From an uncultured Eubacteriaceae bacterium (GTDB taxonomy: Bacteria; Bacillota; Clostridia; Eubacteriales; UBA1433): a stretch of DNA of 64,000 nucleotides. The stretch is from NCBI GenBank assembly GCA_964581565.1, contig CAZOOZ010000004.1:5693-69692 (forward strand). Direction: 5' to 3'. A model generated the notes under the pieces. That model saw only the letters and a program-made list of their open reading frames with translations. It was not told where the DNA came from and ran no database searches. Position numbers and translations under genes: made by a program. Below are positions 40,518-49,051 of this stretch, one piece after another. The first letter of the stretch is position 1; each line of letters starts with the position of its first letter.

Positions 40518-40569
40518 GAAGACCTCCTGTTGAAAGCTTGTTAATGTTTCTTATATGAATAATATAAAA

Positions 40570-40872
40570 TTAAACTTCAACAATATCGTCAACATAAAAA
40601 TTTATTTGATCGGCTTTTATTCCTGTCATTTTTTCTATATTATGCAATATTAATCGTTGAGCTTGCATAGCAATAGTTTTTATTTTATGACCGATTTTTA
40701 TACTGATATAAATATCAACGGTTAAATTCGGCATAGTGTATGCCGTGCTATTGAATAATTTTCCTGATGTTTTTATTTTATGCACGGTATAAATTCCATC
40801 AATTTCTGCGAGTGTTATCTTTGAAATAGATTCAATAACTGATTTTGAGATTTGTACATCTCCTGATAGCAT
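40570..40872 (-). CDS. Asp23/Gls24-family envelope stress protein
   Basis: About 100 aa in the conserved position upstream of nusB. ATG 40872 follows a GGGAGGG RBS, and the ORF-track start at 40887 lies in that RBS. Confidence 0.75.
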   Translation of the reverse strand: MLSGDVQISKSVIESISKITLAEIDGIYTVHKIKTSGKLFNSTAYTMPNLTVDIYISIKIGHKIKTIAMQAQRLILHNIEKMTGIKADQINFYVDDIVEV

Positions 40873-41038
40873 GCCTGACCCTCCCAAATTTTTAATTAAA
40901 GTATATCAAATATTTTAAAAAAAACAAGAACATTACGCCGTATAGTTCTAAAATGTAATTGTAATCGCAGTTATATATATACTATAATATAAATTAACAC
41001 GTAATATTATAGTAAATAATGATTTTTTGGAGTACGCA

Positions 41039-43429
41039 GTGAAAAAATCCGTTGCCATAAGTATTTTATTAATATTATTTTGCAGTCTATTTCCATTAGA
41101 TATAAATGGAGCGGAAAATAATTTTCAAGTAGAAAGTTATTATGTGGATATTACCATTAAAAATGACCGCACATATCTTGTCACAGAAACTATTAATGTG
41201 TATGGAAACAAAGTAGGAGAAGACTTCGTTAGAACAATTCCCTTATTAAATGAACATGAGAGACTATATATTGACAATGTGGTTATAGATGGAGAAAATT
41301 ATACCACAAATGAGACAGACGAAGCATTTATCATAAAAATCGATGGCGGCAATGCCGATGAATCAATGCGGAAAAAATATATCATTTCATATACAATTAA
41401 ACAATATAAAGATTTATACAAAGATAAAGATATCGTTAACTTGGATATTTTAGAATCTGCATGGAATTTAGATATAAATTCCGCAGTTGTTAAAATACAT
41501 TTACCGGATACAAATAATTTAACAAGTTATTCAGTCCAAATTGGAAATAATAATGTTCAAAAATCTAACGTATATAAATATATGTCGAATAATATAATTA
41601 ATATTAAAACCAAAAGATACATTTCTGCATCGGATAAATTAAAAATTTTCATGACATTTAAAGAAGGTACTTTTAAAAAAGCAACTAGTCAAGCTTTTGA
41701 TTACGTAATTAATAATGCGGAAACCACGATGCTTTTTAATACAGACTGCATTGCAAATTATAATTCATCCATTCAAATAAAAAAGAACAACAATGAAGCA
41801 AATATTGCCAATATTTATATTTTGAAACAGGATATAAACGGCAATATCACATTAATTCAAGATATATTAGTAAAATCTACCGATGATTCAAAGTCGACAA
41901 GTTACGATATTCTCTCAACAAAAGATTATTATATTGTCAAATTAGATATAATGGATTTAAAAGTAAACGATAGCCTGGAAGTCGAATTATCATATCAGGC
42001 AAATTTGCCCATTCATTATGCGGATAATCATGATTATGTAAATTTGAGCACACCTTTCTTTGATACAATCACAAATAGAAGTTCGCTGATAATCTATCAA
42101 AATTCACCATTATATTTTATAGAACACACATCCAATATTAATTTTTATGACGAATTGGACAGTATGAAAAATACTATAACCAGTAACATAGATCAAGATT
42201 TTAATATTTCTTTTGAAAGCAGTAATATTTTAATGCCAAATGAAGTAGCCAGCATACAGCTAAATTATGTGAAGTCGAAATTATATGTGCGTATTCCCAT
42301 AAATATAAAATTTTTGTTCATAGTATGTCTTTCTATTATTATAATATTAGTTTTATTACTTTTTATTGGGAAAAATAAAAAAACGAGAAAGAATGCTAGC
42401 GAGAATTCTCTAGAGTTGTTGAATAAATTAAATCCTTTGAAAATAAAATATTATTTAAAGGCCACATTCAGCTCGCAAGATATTACTTATTTAATTATTT
42501 ACTGGGCTTCAAAAGGATATTTAAAAATCAAAAAGATCAATAACCAATATAGTATGATTAAAATAAAAGAATTAGATCATGATAGCAAAGAATATGAAAA
42601 GTATATTTTCAATTATATTTTCCAACATGATGAAAAAGGAGTTGTTCATTTTGAACAGCTTGACGGTATTTTTTATACCAAAGCAATAAAAACAACTAAA
42701 ATCTTTGAAATGAAAAATAAAAAAAATGGACGGTTATTTGAACGCAAATCACAAATTATTTCATATGGAATATTTCTTTTTGGGATAATAATGTCTATTA
42801 TATTTTTAATGTACACATTTAAATACCTGGATAGAAATATTATATATTCCTTTATATATGTATTAATATATTTGATAATTCCGATTTTTTTTAATATTTA
42901 TTTAAATAATAAAATAAAACACAACATCGGCAATAATTATTATAGAAATATCATACTTTCTTTAATATTAATAATGATTTTATTTATATATATATTTTTA
43001 TATTTTAAAGGCCAGTTTAATATTTATTCAACATATATATTTGCTTCAATAGGAATGATTAACATCATTATAGCTCCATTTATAAAGCGTTTTTCCGAAG
43101 TTTGTATAACGCAAAAAGAAAATATTATTGAATTGGGAAACTATTTTAATAGTGAAGAATCTAAAGAATTATTAAAACAAAACAGTGATTATTGTAATCA
43201 AATTTTACCGTATATTTTTGTTTTAGATGAATTTATCACGGACAATGAAACAATACATGAATACTTTAATTATCAACCAGACTGGTTTGAGATACAGGAG
43301 GAATATACACCAGAAAAACTAATGTTACTTTGGAATAAATTAAATTTTTATCTGAAGGAATCCACTATAGCAAATGAAATATTAAATACAAGTTTTGTAA
43401 AAATGTCAAGCGGGAACAATTATTATTGA
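41039..43429 (+). CDS. DUF2207-like large membrane protein
   Basis: Signal-like N-terminus, an extracytoplasmic domain of about 420 aa, then several TM segments and a C-terminal domain. GTG 41039 follows GGAG, and the ORF-track TTG at 41027 is an alternative start. Confidence 0.6.
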   Translation: MKKSVAISILLILFCSLFPLDINGAENNFQVESYYVDITIKNDRTYLVTETINVYGNKVGEDFVRTIPLLNEHERLYIDNVVIDGENYTTNETDEAFIIKIDGGNADESMRKKYIISYTIKQYKDLYKDKDIVNLDILESAWNLDINSAVVKIHLPDTNNLTSYSVQIGNNNVQKSNVYKYMSNNIINIKTKRYISASDKLKIFMTFKEGTFKKATSQAFDYVINNAETTMLFNTDCIANYNSSIQIKKNNNEANIANIYILKQDINGNITLIQDILVKSTDDSKSTSYDILSTKDYYIVKLDIMDLKVNDSLEVELSYQANLPIHYADNHDYVNLSTPFFDTITNRSSLIIYQNSPLYFIEHTSNINFYDELDSMKNTITSNIDQDFNISFESSNILMPNEVASIQLNYVKSKLYVRIPINIKFLFIVCLSIIIILVLLLFIGKNKKTRKNASENSLELLNKLNPLKIKYYLKATFSSQDITYLIIYWASKGYLKIKKINNQYSMIKIKELDHDSKEYEKYIFNYIFQHDEKGVVHFEQLDGIFYTKAIKTTKIFEMKNKKNGRLFERKSQIISYGIFLFGIIMSIIFLMYTFKYLDRNIIYSFIYVLIYLIIPIFFNIYLNNKIKHNIGNNYYRNIILSLILIMILFIYIFLYFKGQFNIYSTYIFASIGMINIIIAPFIKRFSEVCITQKENIIELGNYFNSEESKELLKQNSDYCNQILPYIFVLDEFITDNETIHEYFNYQPDWFEIQEEYTPEKLMLLWNKLNFYLKESTIANEILNTSFVKMSSGNNYY

Positions 43430-43523
43430 TCATCTCTCAATAGTCAATCTTTATTCGACAATTATAGGCAAATTATTATTTTTTTTATTTGTATAATATT
43501 AAAAAAGCGTTTAGGAGGATATT

Positions 43524-44039
43524 ATGCAAAAGATCTCGCAAGAAAAATTAAGTATATCAGAAGCAGCAGAGATAACTGGTTACCCGCCTTATGTATTAAG
43601 ATTTTACGAAAAAGAATTTAATTTAAAAGTACCGAGATCTGATAATAATCAAAGATTTTATACTCAAAGAGAAATTGACATGATGAACAAAATTAAGATA
43701 TTAAAGGATAGAGGTGTAAGCAATAATAGGATCAAGCAAGAACTTGGAATCATTCAAAAAGAAGATAAAAATATGAGCATGTATAAGAATGAAAATGAAC
43801 AATTTATTCTAAAAGAATTAGAGAATATTAAAACCGAGTTAATAAAATTTGAATTGATTATGGATCATTTAAATGAAATTAAAGATGAATTGAATAAACT
43901 GCAAGCAATATCATCCGGTAAAGAAAGTGATATTTTAATGGCTGAAAATGCACGGCTTAAAATGAAATTAAAAGAAAAAACGTATGAATTGGTTGAGTTA
44001 AAAGAGAAATTTTTAAAAGGTAAATATGCAAAAGCTTAA
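43524..44039 (+). CDS. MerR-family transcriptional regulator
   Basis: N-terminal HTH (LSISEAAEITGYPPYVLRFYEKEF...RFYTQREIDMMNKIKILKDRG) and a C-terminal coiled coil. Confidence 0.8.
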   Translation: MQKISQEKLSISEAAEITGYPPYVLRFYEKEFNLKVPRSDNNQRFYTQREIDMMNKIKILKDRGVSNNRIKQELGIIQKEDKNMSMYKNENEQFILKELENIKTELIKFELIMDHLNEIKDELNKLQAISSGKESDILMAENARLKMKLKEKTYELVELKEKFLKGKYAKA

Positions 44040-44049
44040 AAATACATTA

Positions 44050-44080
44050 AAAAAGAGTGCGGCTAATGCACTCTTTTTTA
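44050..44080. terminator. bidirectional terminator between the MerR gene and SASP gene 1
   Basis: Stem aaaaagagtgc / gcactcttttt with a 7-nt loop, A-run upstream and T-run downstream. Confidence 0.75.
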
Positions 44081-44086
44081 TACAAT

Positions 44087-44275
44087 TTATCCTTGCATTC
44101 CAGTATTTGTACTCGAAGTATAGCTATTAATCATCTGCTTAACCATTTGTCCGCCTACATGACCAGCCTGAGCGGTCGTAAGGTTAGGACCATTAGACAA
44201 ATTAATGTTTAACTGACTTGCGATCTGATCTTTCAAAGGTTGAAGAGCTCTTTTAGTGCTATTATTTCTTGCCAT
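44087..44275 (-). CDS. alpha/beta-type small acid-soluble spore protein
   Basis: 62 aa. LKDQIASQLNINL ... TTAQAGHVGGQMVKQMI matches the two conserved SASP blocks. Strong GGAGGTG RBS. Confidence 0.9.
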   Translation of the reverse strand: MARNNSTKRALQPLKDQIASQLNINLSNGPNLTTAQAGHVGGQMVKQMINSYTSSTNTGMQG

Positions 44276-44306
44276 TTATTTTCACCTCCAATTCTTAAAG
44301 CAGTAT

Positions 44307-44315
44307 TATTTTATG
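44307..44315 (-). promoter_or_regulatory. conserved CATAAAATA box (candidate forespore sigma-G/F -10 element), SASP gene 1
   Basis: The same 9-mer lies 31-41 nt upstream of all three SASP start codons and resembles the CATA..TA -10 of forespore promoters. Confidence 0.45.
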
Positions 44316-44339
44316 TATTTGTTTAAAATATACACTGGT

Positions 44340-44377
44340 AAAAAAAGAGAAATAAAAGTGCCCGTAAGCGGGCACTT
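44340..44377 (-). terminator. intrinsic terminator after SASP gene 2
   Basis: On the minus strand, stem aagtgcccg / cgggcactt with a 4-nt loop, followed by a T-rich run. Confidence 0.7.
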
Positions 44378-44393
44378 GTTGAATTGCTTTAAA

Positions 44394-44597
44394 TTATCCT
44401 TGCATACCGTTTGTGTTATTTGTCACGTCTTTTATGCTGTTTTCGTAAGCATCTATCATTTTTTTTACCATTTGTCCGCCTACATGTCCAACTTGAGCAG
44501 TTGTAAGATTGGGTCCATCCGCTAAGTTAATATTCAGTTCGTTTGCAATCTGATCTTTTAGAGGTTGAAGTGCTCTTTTGTTGTCACTTTTTGTCAT
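44394..44597 (-). CDS. alpha/beta-type small acid-soluble spore protein
   Basis: 67 aa from ATG 44597, after a GGGGTG RBS. LKDQIANELNINL ... TTAQVGHVGGQMVKKMI. Confidence 0.9.
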   Translation of the reverse strand: MTKSDNKRALQPLKDQIANELNINLADGPNLTTAQVGHVGGQMVKKMIDAYENSIKDVTNNTNGMQG

Positions 44598-44629
44598 GTT
44601 AATCACCCCACATTTCTTTAAAGCAAGAA

Positions 44630-44638
44630 TATTTTATG
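44630..44638 (-). promoter_or_regulatory. conserved CATAAAATA box, SASP gene 2
   Basis: Same 9-mer at the same distance from the start codon as in genes 1 and 3. Confidence 0.45.
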
Positions 44639-44694
44639 CATTTATATAAAATTTAATCTGGAATTTAAAAGAAGATTTTTCGAAAAATCTTAAA

Positions 44695-44736
44695 AAAATA
44701 TAAATTAAAATAGAGTGCCTTAAATTGGCACTCTAT
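44695..44736 (-). terminator. intrinsic terminator after SASP gene 3
   Basis: On the minus strand, stem atagagtgcc / ggcactctat with a 7-nt loop, followed by a T-rich run. Confidence 0.7.
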
Positions 44737-44747
44737 CAATTTATTTA

Positions 44748-44945
44748 TTATCCGCGCATGCTAGTAGTTGTACCAGCAGTAATACTACCTTCATAAGTGT
44801 CGATCATTCTTTTTACCATTTGTCCGCCTACATGCCCAACTTGAGCAGTTGTTAGACTGGGTCCATTAGCTAAATTTACATTAAGTTCTCTTGCAATTTG
44901 GTCTTTTAAAGGTTGAAGAACTCTTTTAGTACTATTGTTTGCCAT
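44748..44945 (-). CDS. alpha/beta-type small acid-soluble spore protein
   Basis: 65 aa from ATG 44945, after a GGAGGTG RBS. LKDQIARELNVNL ... TTAQVGHVGGQMVKRMI. Confidence 0.9.
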   Translation of the reverse strand: MANNSTKRVLQPLKDQIARELNVNLANGPSLTTAQVGHVGGQMVKRMIDTYEGSITAGTTTSMRG

Positions 44946-44975
44946 TTTTTTCACCTCCAATTCTTAAAGCAATAA

Positions 44976-44984
44976 TATTTTATG
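44976..44984 (-). promoter_or_regulatory. conserved CATAAAATA box, SASP gene 3
   Basis: Same 9-mer at the same distance from the start codon as in genes 1 and 2. Confidence 0.45.
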
Positions 44985-45084
44985 TATCTTTACGAATTCT
45001 AATCTGGCAATTTTTGATAAAATTTTTATTTATTTTTTTTTCAAATGTTGATAAAATTATAAAGATAATCTTGAGGTGAAAAAA

Positions 45085-46395
45085 TTGAAAAAATATCATA
45101 TCATAACATACGGATGTCAAATGAATGAAAATGATAGTGAAAAACTATCAAAAATGCTGCTTGATATGGGATATTCATATACAGATGATATAAATGAAGC
45201 AAATATCTTGATTATGAACACTTGCAGTGTTCGTGAAAATGCTGATGATAGATTTTTTGGTAATTTAGGATATATGAAAACTATTAAAAAGAAAAATAAT
45301 ATGAAAATAGCTGTATGCGGATGTATGATGCAGCAGAAGCATATTATAAAGAAAATTATTAAAAAATATTCATTTGTCGATATCATTTTTGGTACGCATA
45401 ATATTCATGAATTTCCTATTTTATTAAAACAAAATTTTGATACCGGAAAAACAGTATATAAAGTACTGCAAGAAAGCAAAGAAATTGTCGAAGGAATGCA
45501 GTCTGATAGGAAATATGTTTCTAAAGCATATGTTAAAATTATGCAAGGATGCAATAATTTTTGTTCTTACTGTGTTGTGCCTTACACACGAGGAAGAGAG
45601 AAAAGTAGAAAGAAAGAAGATATCTTAAACGAAATTGTGCAACTTTCAGAAAATGGAACGAAAGAAGTAATTTTGCTTGGACAAAACGTAAATTCTTATG
45701 GTATAGCAGATCATATAGGGACTTCTTTTTCTGAATTACTTAGACAAATTAATAAGATAGAAAAAATACAGAGAATAAGATTTATGACATCTCATCCTAA
45801 AGATTTATCCGACGAGCTTATTGAGACAATGTATGAATGTGATAAAATATGTAATCATCTACATCTTCCTTTGCAATCAGGCAGCAGCAGAATCTTAAAA
45901 TTAATGAACAGAAAATATGATCAAAGTAAATATCTTTCATTAGTTGAAAAAATTAAAAAAACAATACCAAATATAAGCTTAACAACAGACATTATAGTAG
46001 GTTATCCAACAGAAAGCGAAGAAGATTTTCAGGAGACATTAAATGTAATGCAGATAGTAAGATATGACAGTGCTTATACATTTATCTATTCTCCGCGTAA
46101 GGGTACTAAAGCATATGAAATGGAATACTCAATCTCTCAAGAGACAATTAAAAAAAGATTTAAACGGCTTTTGGATATGCAGCAAACAATAAGTGAAGAA
46201 AATAATATTAAATTTATGAATACGATCGTTGATGTTTTAACGGAGGGAAAAAGTAAAACTGATATTAATAAATTAAGCGGAAGAACAACAGATAACCGAT
46301 TAGTGAATTTTCAGGGTACGTCTAAAGAGGGAGAAACCGTCAAAGTTTTGGTAACAAAAACGAGATCTTTTTATTTAGAAGGAATTCAAATATAA
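45085..46395 (+). CDS. miaB: tRNA-2-methylthio-N6-dimethylallyladenosine synthase
   Basis: KKYHIITYGCQMN N-terminus, radical SAM CNNFCSYCVVP and a TRAM C-terminus. The TTG at 45085 after GAGGTG gives the canonical N-terminus, and the ORF-track GTG at 45076 lies in the RBS. Confidence 0.9.
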   Translation: MKKYHIITYGCQMNENDSEKLSKMLLDMGYSYTDDINEANILIMNTCSVRENADDRFFGNLGYMKTIKKKNNMKIAVCGCMMQQKHIIKKIIKKYSFVDIIFGTHNIHEFPILLKQNFDTGKTVYKVLQESKEIVEGMQSDRKYVSKAYVKIMQGCNNFCSYCVVPYTRGREKSRKKEDILNEIVQLSENGTKEVILLGQNVNSYGIADHIGTSFSELLRQINKIEKIQRIRFMTSHPKDLSDELIETMYECDKICNHLHLPLQSGSSRILKLMNRKYDQSKYLSLVEKIKKTIPNISLTTDIIVGYPTESEEDFQETLNVMQIVRYDSAYTFIYSPRKGTKAYEMEYSISQETIKKRFKRLLDMQQTISEENNIKFMNTIVDVLTEGKSKTDINKLSGRTTDNRLVNFQGTSKEGETVKVLVTKTRSFYLEGIQI

Positions 46396-46411
46396 AGCAG
46401 AGGTTTATGCA

Positions 46412-49051
46412 ATGGAACTTACACCGATGATGAAGCAATATTTAGAAATACATAAGCAAGCTCCTGATGCTATTTTATTATTTAGGTTGGGAGATTTTTA
46501 TGAAATGTTCTTTGATGATGCCGTTACAGCATCTCGAGTTTTGTCATTAGTACTAACAGGGCGTAATTGCGGATTGGAAGACAAAGCACCTATGTGCGGG
46601 GTGCCTTATCACGCCGTCTCCGGATATATCGCAAAACTTATAAAAGCAGGTCACAAAGTAGCGATTTGCGAGCAAGTGGAAGATCCGGCAGAAGCTAAGG
46701 GGATCGTAAAACGCGAGATAGTTAAAATCATTTCACCAGGAACAGTAACTGATGAAAAGTTATTGAATGAAAAAGAAAATAATTATCTGCTATGCATTTA
46801 TAGTAATGGGATATCTTTTTGTATAGCATACATAGATGTTTCTACTGCTGAATTCAAAACGTGCATACTCTCGGGGCAAGAAAGAAATATAAATTTGATC
46901 AATGAAGTAGAAAAAATATCCCCTAAAGAGATATTATGCAATGACGTTTTTATAGAAGAAAATAATAAAAAAAATCTAATTACAAAATATAAACATTCTA
47001 TACATGTGCTCGATAATAGTTTCTTTCAATATGATAAGGCGGTAAAAATAATAAAAGAACATATTAGTGTCTCAAAATTAAATAGAGCAGAAATTTATGA
47101 TTCGAATGAATTATCTTATATAAGATGTATCGGTGCCGTATTGTTATATTTAAATAACAATCATAAACAAATGATTAGATACATTAAAAATATTGAAAAA
47201 TATACACAAGATGAATACATGATTTTAGATGCGACAAGCAGGCGCAACCTGGAACTTACAAAAAATATGACGACAATGGAAAAGCATGGGTCTCTTCTTT
47301 GGGTATTAGATAAATGTGATACTGCGATGGGCTCTAGAAAGCTTAAAGAATGGATTGAAAATCCTTTAAAAAATCAAAATAAAATTCTTTTTCGTCAAAA
47401 TGCGGTTCAGGAACTAAGAGACAATATTATTCAAATGAATGATATGAAAGAAATACTATCGGAAATATATGATATCAAACGTATTGCTACGAGGATTTGT
47501 AACGATAATTGTTCGCCGAAAGACATGCTGCTGCTTCAATATTCTACATTAAATTTAAAAAACGTAAAAAATGTATTAAAAATTTCAAAAAATGATTATT
47601 TATCGATGCTCTCTCACAGTATTGATGACTTACATGATATAGCAAATATGATTAGAAATGCTATAGAAGATAATGCTCCGGCTCAGCTAAAAGATGGAAA
47701 TATAATTAAAAAGGGTTATGATGAAGTAATAGATAATCTGAGAAATATCACACAAAATAGCCGAAAAATACTTTCCGATATGGAGGATGCTGAAAAAGAG
47801 AAAACAAAAATTAAAAATCTAAAAATTAAATATAATAAAGTCTTTGGTTATTACATAGAAGTATCAAACGCAAATTTAAATTTAGTACCTGAAAATTATA
47901 TAAGGAAACAAACTCTGGCAAATTCTGAAAGATATTTTACAGAAGAATTAAAACAATTGGAAACCGATATTTTATCGGCAGAAGATAAATTGACAAAAAG
48001 AGAAGCACAAGTGTTTGAAATGGTACGCCAAGAAATTTTTTGTCAGATTGAAAGGATTCTTCATACGGCGGAAGCAATTGCAGAAATTGATGTTCTAACC
48101 ACTTTTGCATATACAGCATATATTTATTCGTATTGCCGTCCTGAAATAGCAGATAATGGCATCATAAAACTTATGGATTCACGTCATCCGGTCATAGAGC
48201 AAATTGAAAAAAATAATGAATTTATTCCTAATTCGTGTAATCTTAATACTTCGGATAGAAGAATGCAGATCATTACGGGGCCTAATATGGCAGGCAAAAG
48301 CACGTTTATTCGCCAAATAGCAATTATAACGCTGATGGCTCACATAGGCAGCTTCGTACCTGCTAAGTCTGCCCGAATATCTGTGGTAGATAAGATATTT
48401 ACTCGTGTGGGAGCCAGTGATGATCTGTTGAGCGGGCGAAGTACTTTTATGGTCGAGATGAACGAAGTGGCCAATATACTAAAAAATGCAACAAAAAAAA
48501 GTTTAATTATTTTAGACGAAGTCGGGAGAGGAACAAGTACTTTTGATGGGCTAAGTATTGCATGGGCAATATGTGAGTATATATCAAATGAAGATATCTT
48601 AGGCGCAAAAACTCTTTTTGCGACACATTATCATGAATTGACCGAGCTGGACAGCCACGATGGTATCGTTAATCTGTGCATTAGAGCGGTAGAAAAAGAA
48701 GATGAGGTTATTTTTTTAAGAAAAATTGAGGAAGGAACCGTCGATAAAAGTTATGGAATTGATGTGGCGCGGCTTGCCGGCATGCCCGATAATATTATTA
48801 AACGGGCAAGATCAATTCTTCAGGTTTTAGAAAAGCAAGAATATATTAGTAAAAATAAAATTGAAAATATTGTCAGTACAGATATTACGTTAAATATGTT
48901 TAACATGAAAAATGAATTATTAAGTAAAGAAGAGAAAGAGGCTATAGATATTATAAAGAATCTATCGATAAATAATATTTCACCGATTGATGCATTAATG
49001 ATATTAAATCAGATAAAAAATAATCTTGAAAAGGAGAAAGCCGTTGAATGA
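46412..49051 (+). CDS. mutS: DNA mismatch repair protein MutS
   Basis: 879 aa. TPMMKQYLEIHKQ, the mismatch-binding FYEMF motif, Walker A GPNMAGKST and DEVGRGTSTFDG. Confidence 0.97.
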   Translation: MELTPMMKQYLEIHKQAPDAILLFRLGDFYEMFFDDAVTASRVLSLVLTGRNCGLEDKAPMCGVPYHAVSGYIAKLIKAGHKVAICEQVEDPAEAKGIVKREIVKIISPGTVTDEKLLNEKENNYLLCIYSNGISFCIAYIDVSTAEFKTCILSGQERNINLINEVEKISPKEILCNDVFIEENNKKNLITKYKHSIHVLDNSFFQYDKAVKIIKEHISVSKLNRAEIYDSNELSYIRCIGAVLLYLNNNHKQMIRYIKNIEKYTQDEYMILDATSRRNLELTKNMTTMEKHGSLLWVLDKCDTAMGSRKLKEWIENPLKNQNKILFRQNAVQELRDNIIQMNDMKEILSEIYDIKRIATRICNDNCSPKDMLLLQYSTLNLKNVKNVLKISKNDYLSMLSHSIDDLHDIANMIRNAIEDNAPAQLKDGNIIKKGYDEVIDNLRNITQNSRKILSDMEDAEKEKTKIKNLKIKYNKVFGYYIEVSNANLNLVPENYIRKQTLANSERYFTEELKQLETDILSAEDKLTKREAQVFEMVRQEIFCQIERILHTAEAIAEIDVLTTFAYTAYIYSYCRPEIADNGIIKLMDSRHPVIEQIEKNNEFIPNSCNLNTSDRRMQIITGPNMAGKSTFIRQIAIITLMAHIGSFVPAKSARISVVDKIFTRVGASDDLLSGRSTFMVEMNEVANILKNATKKSLIILDEVGRGTSTFDGLSIAWAICEYISNEDILGAKTLFATHYHELTELDSHDGIVNLCIRAVEKEDEVIFLRKIEEGTVDKSYGIDVARLAGMPDNIIKRARSILQVLEKQEYISKNKIENIVSTDITLNMFNMKNELLSKEEKEAIDIIKNLSINNISPIDALMILNQIKNNLEKEKAVE

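Noticed and set aside
44256-44525. 89-aa plus-strand ORF across the SASP array
   Set aside because: It runs antisense through SASP gene 2 and both intergenic promoter and terminator regions. The SASP genes have strong RBSs and conserved motifs, and this ORF has neither.
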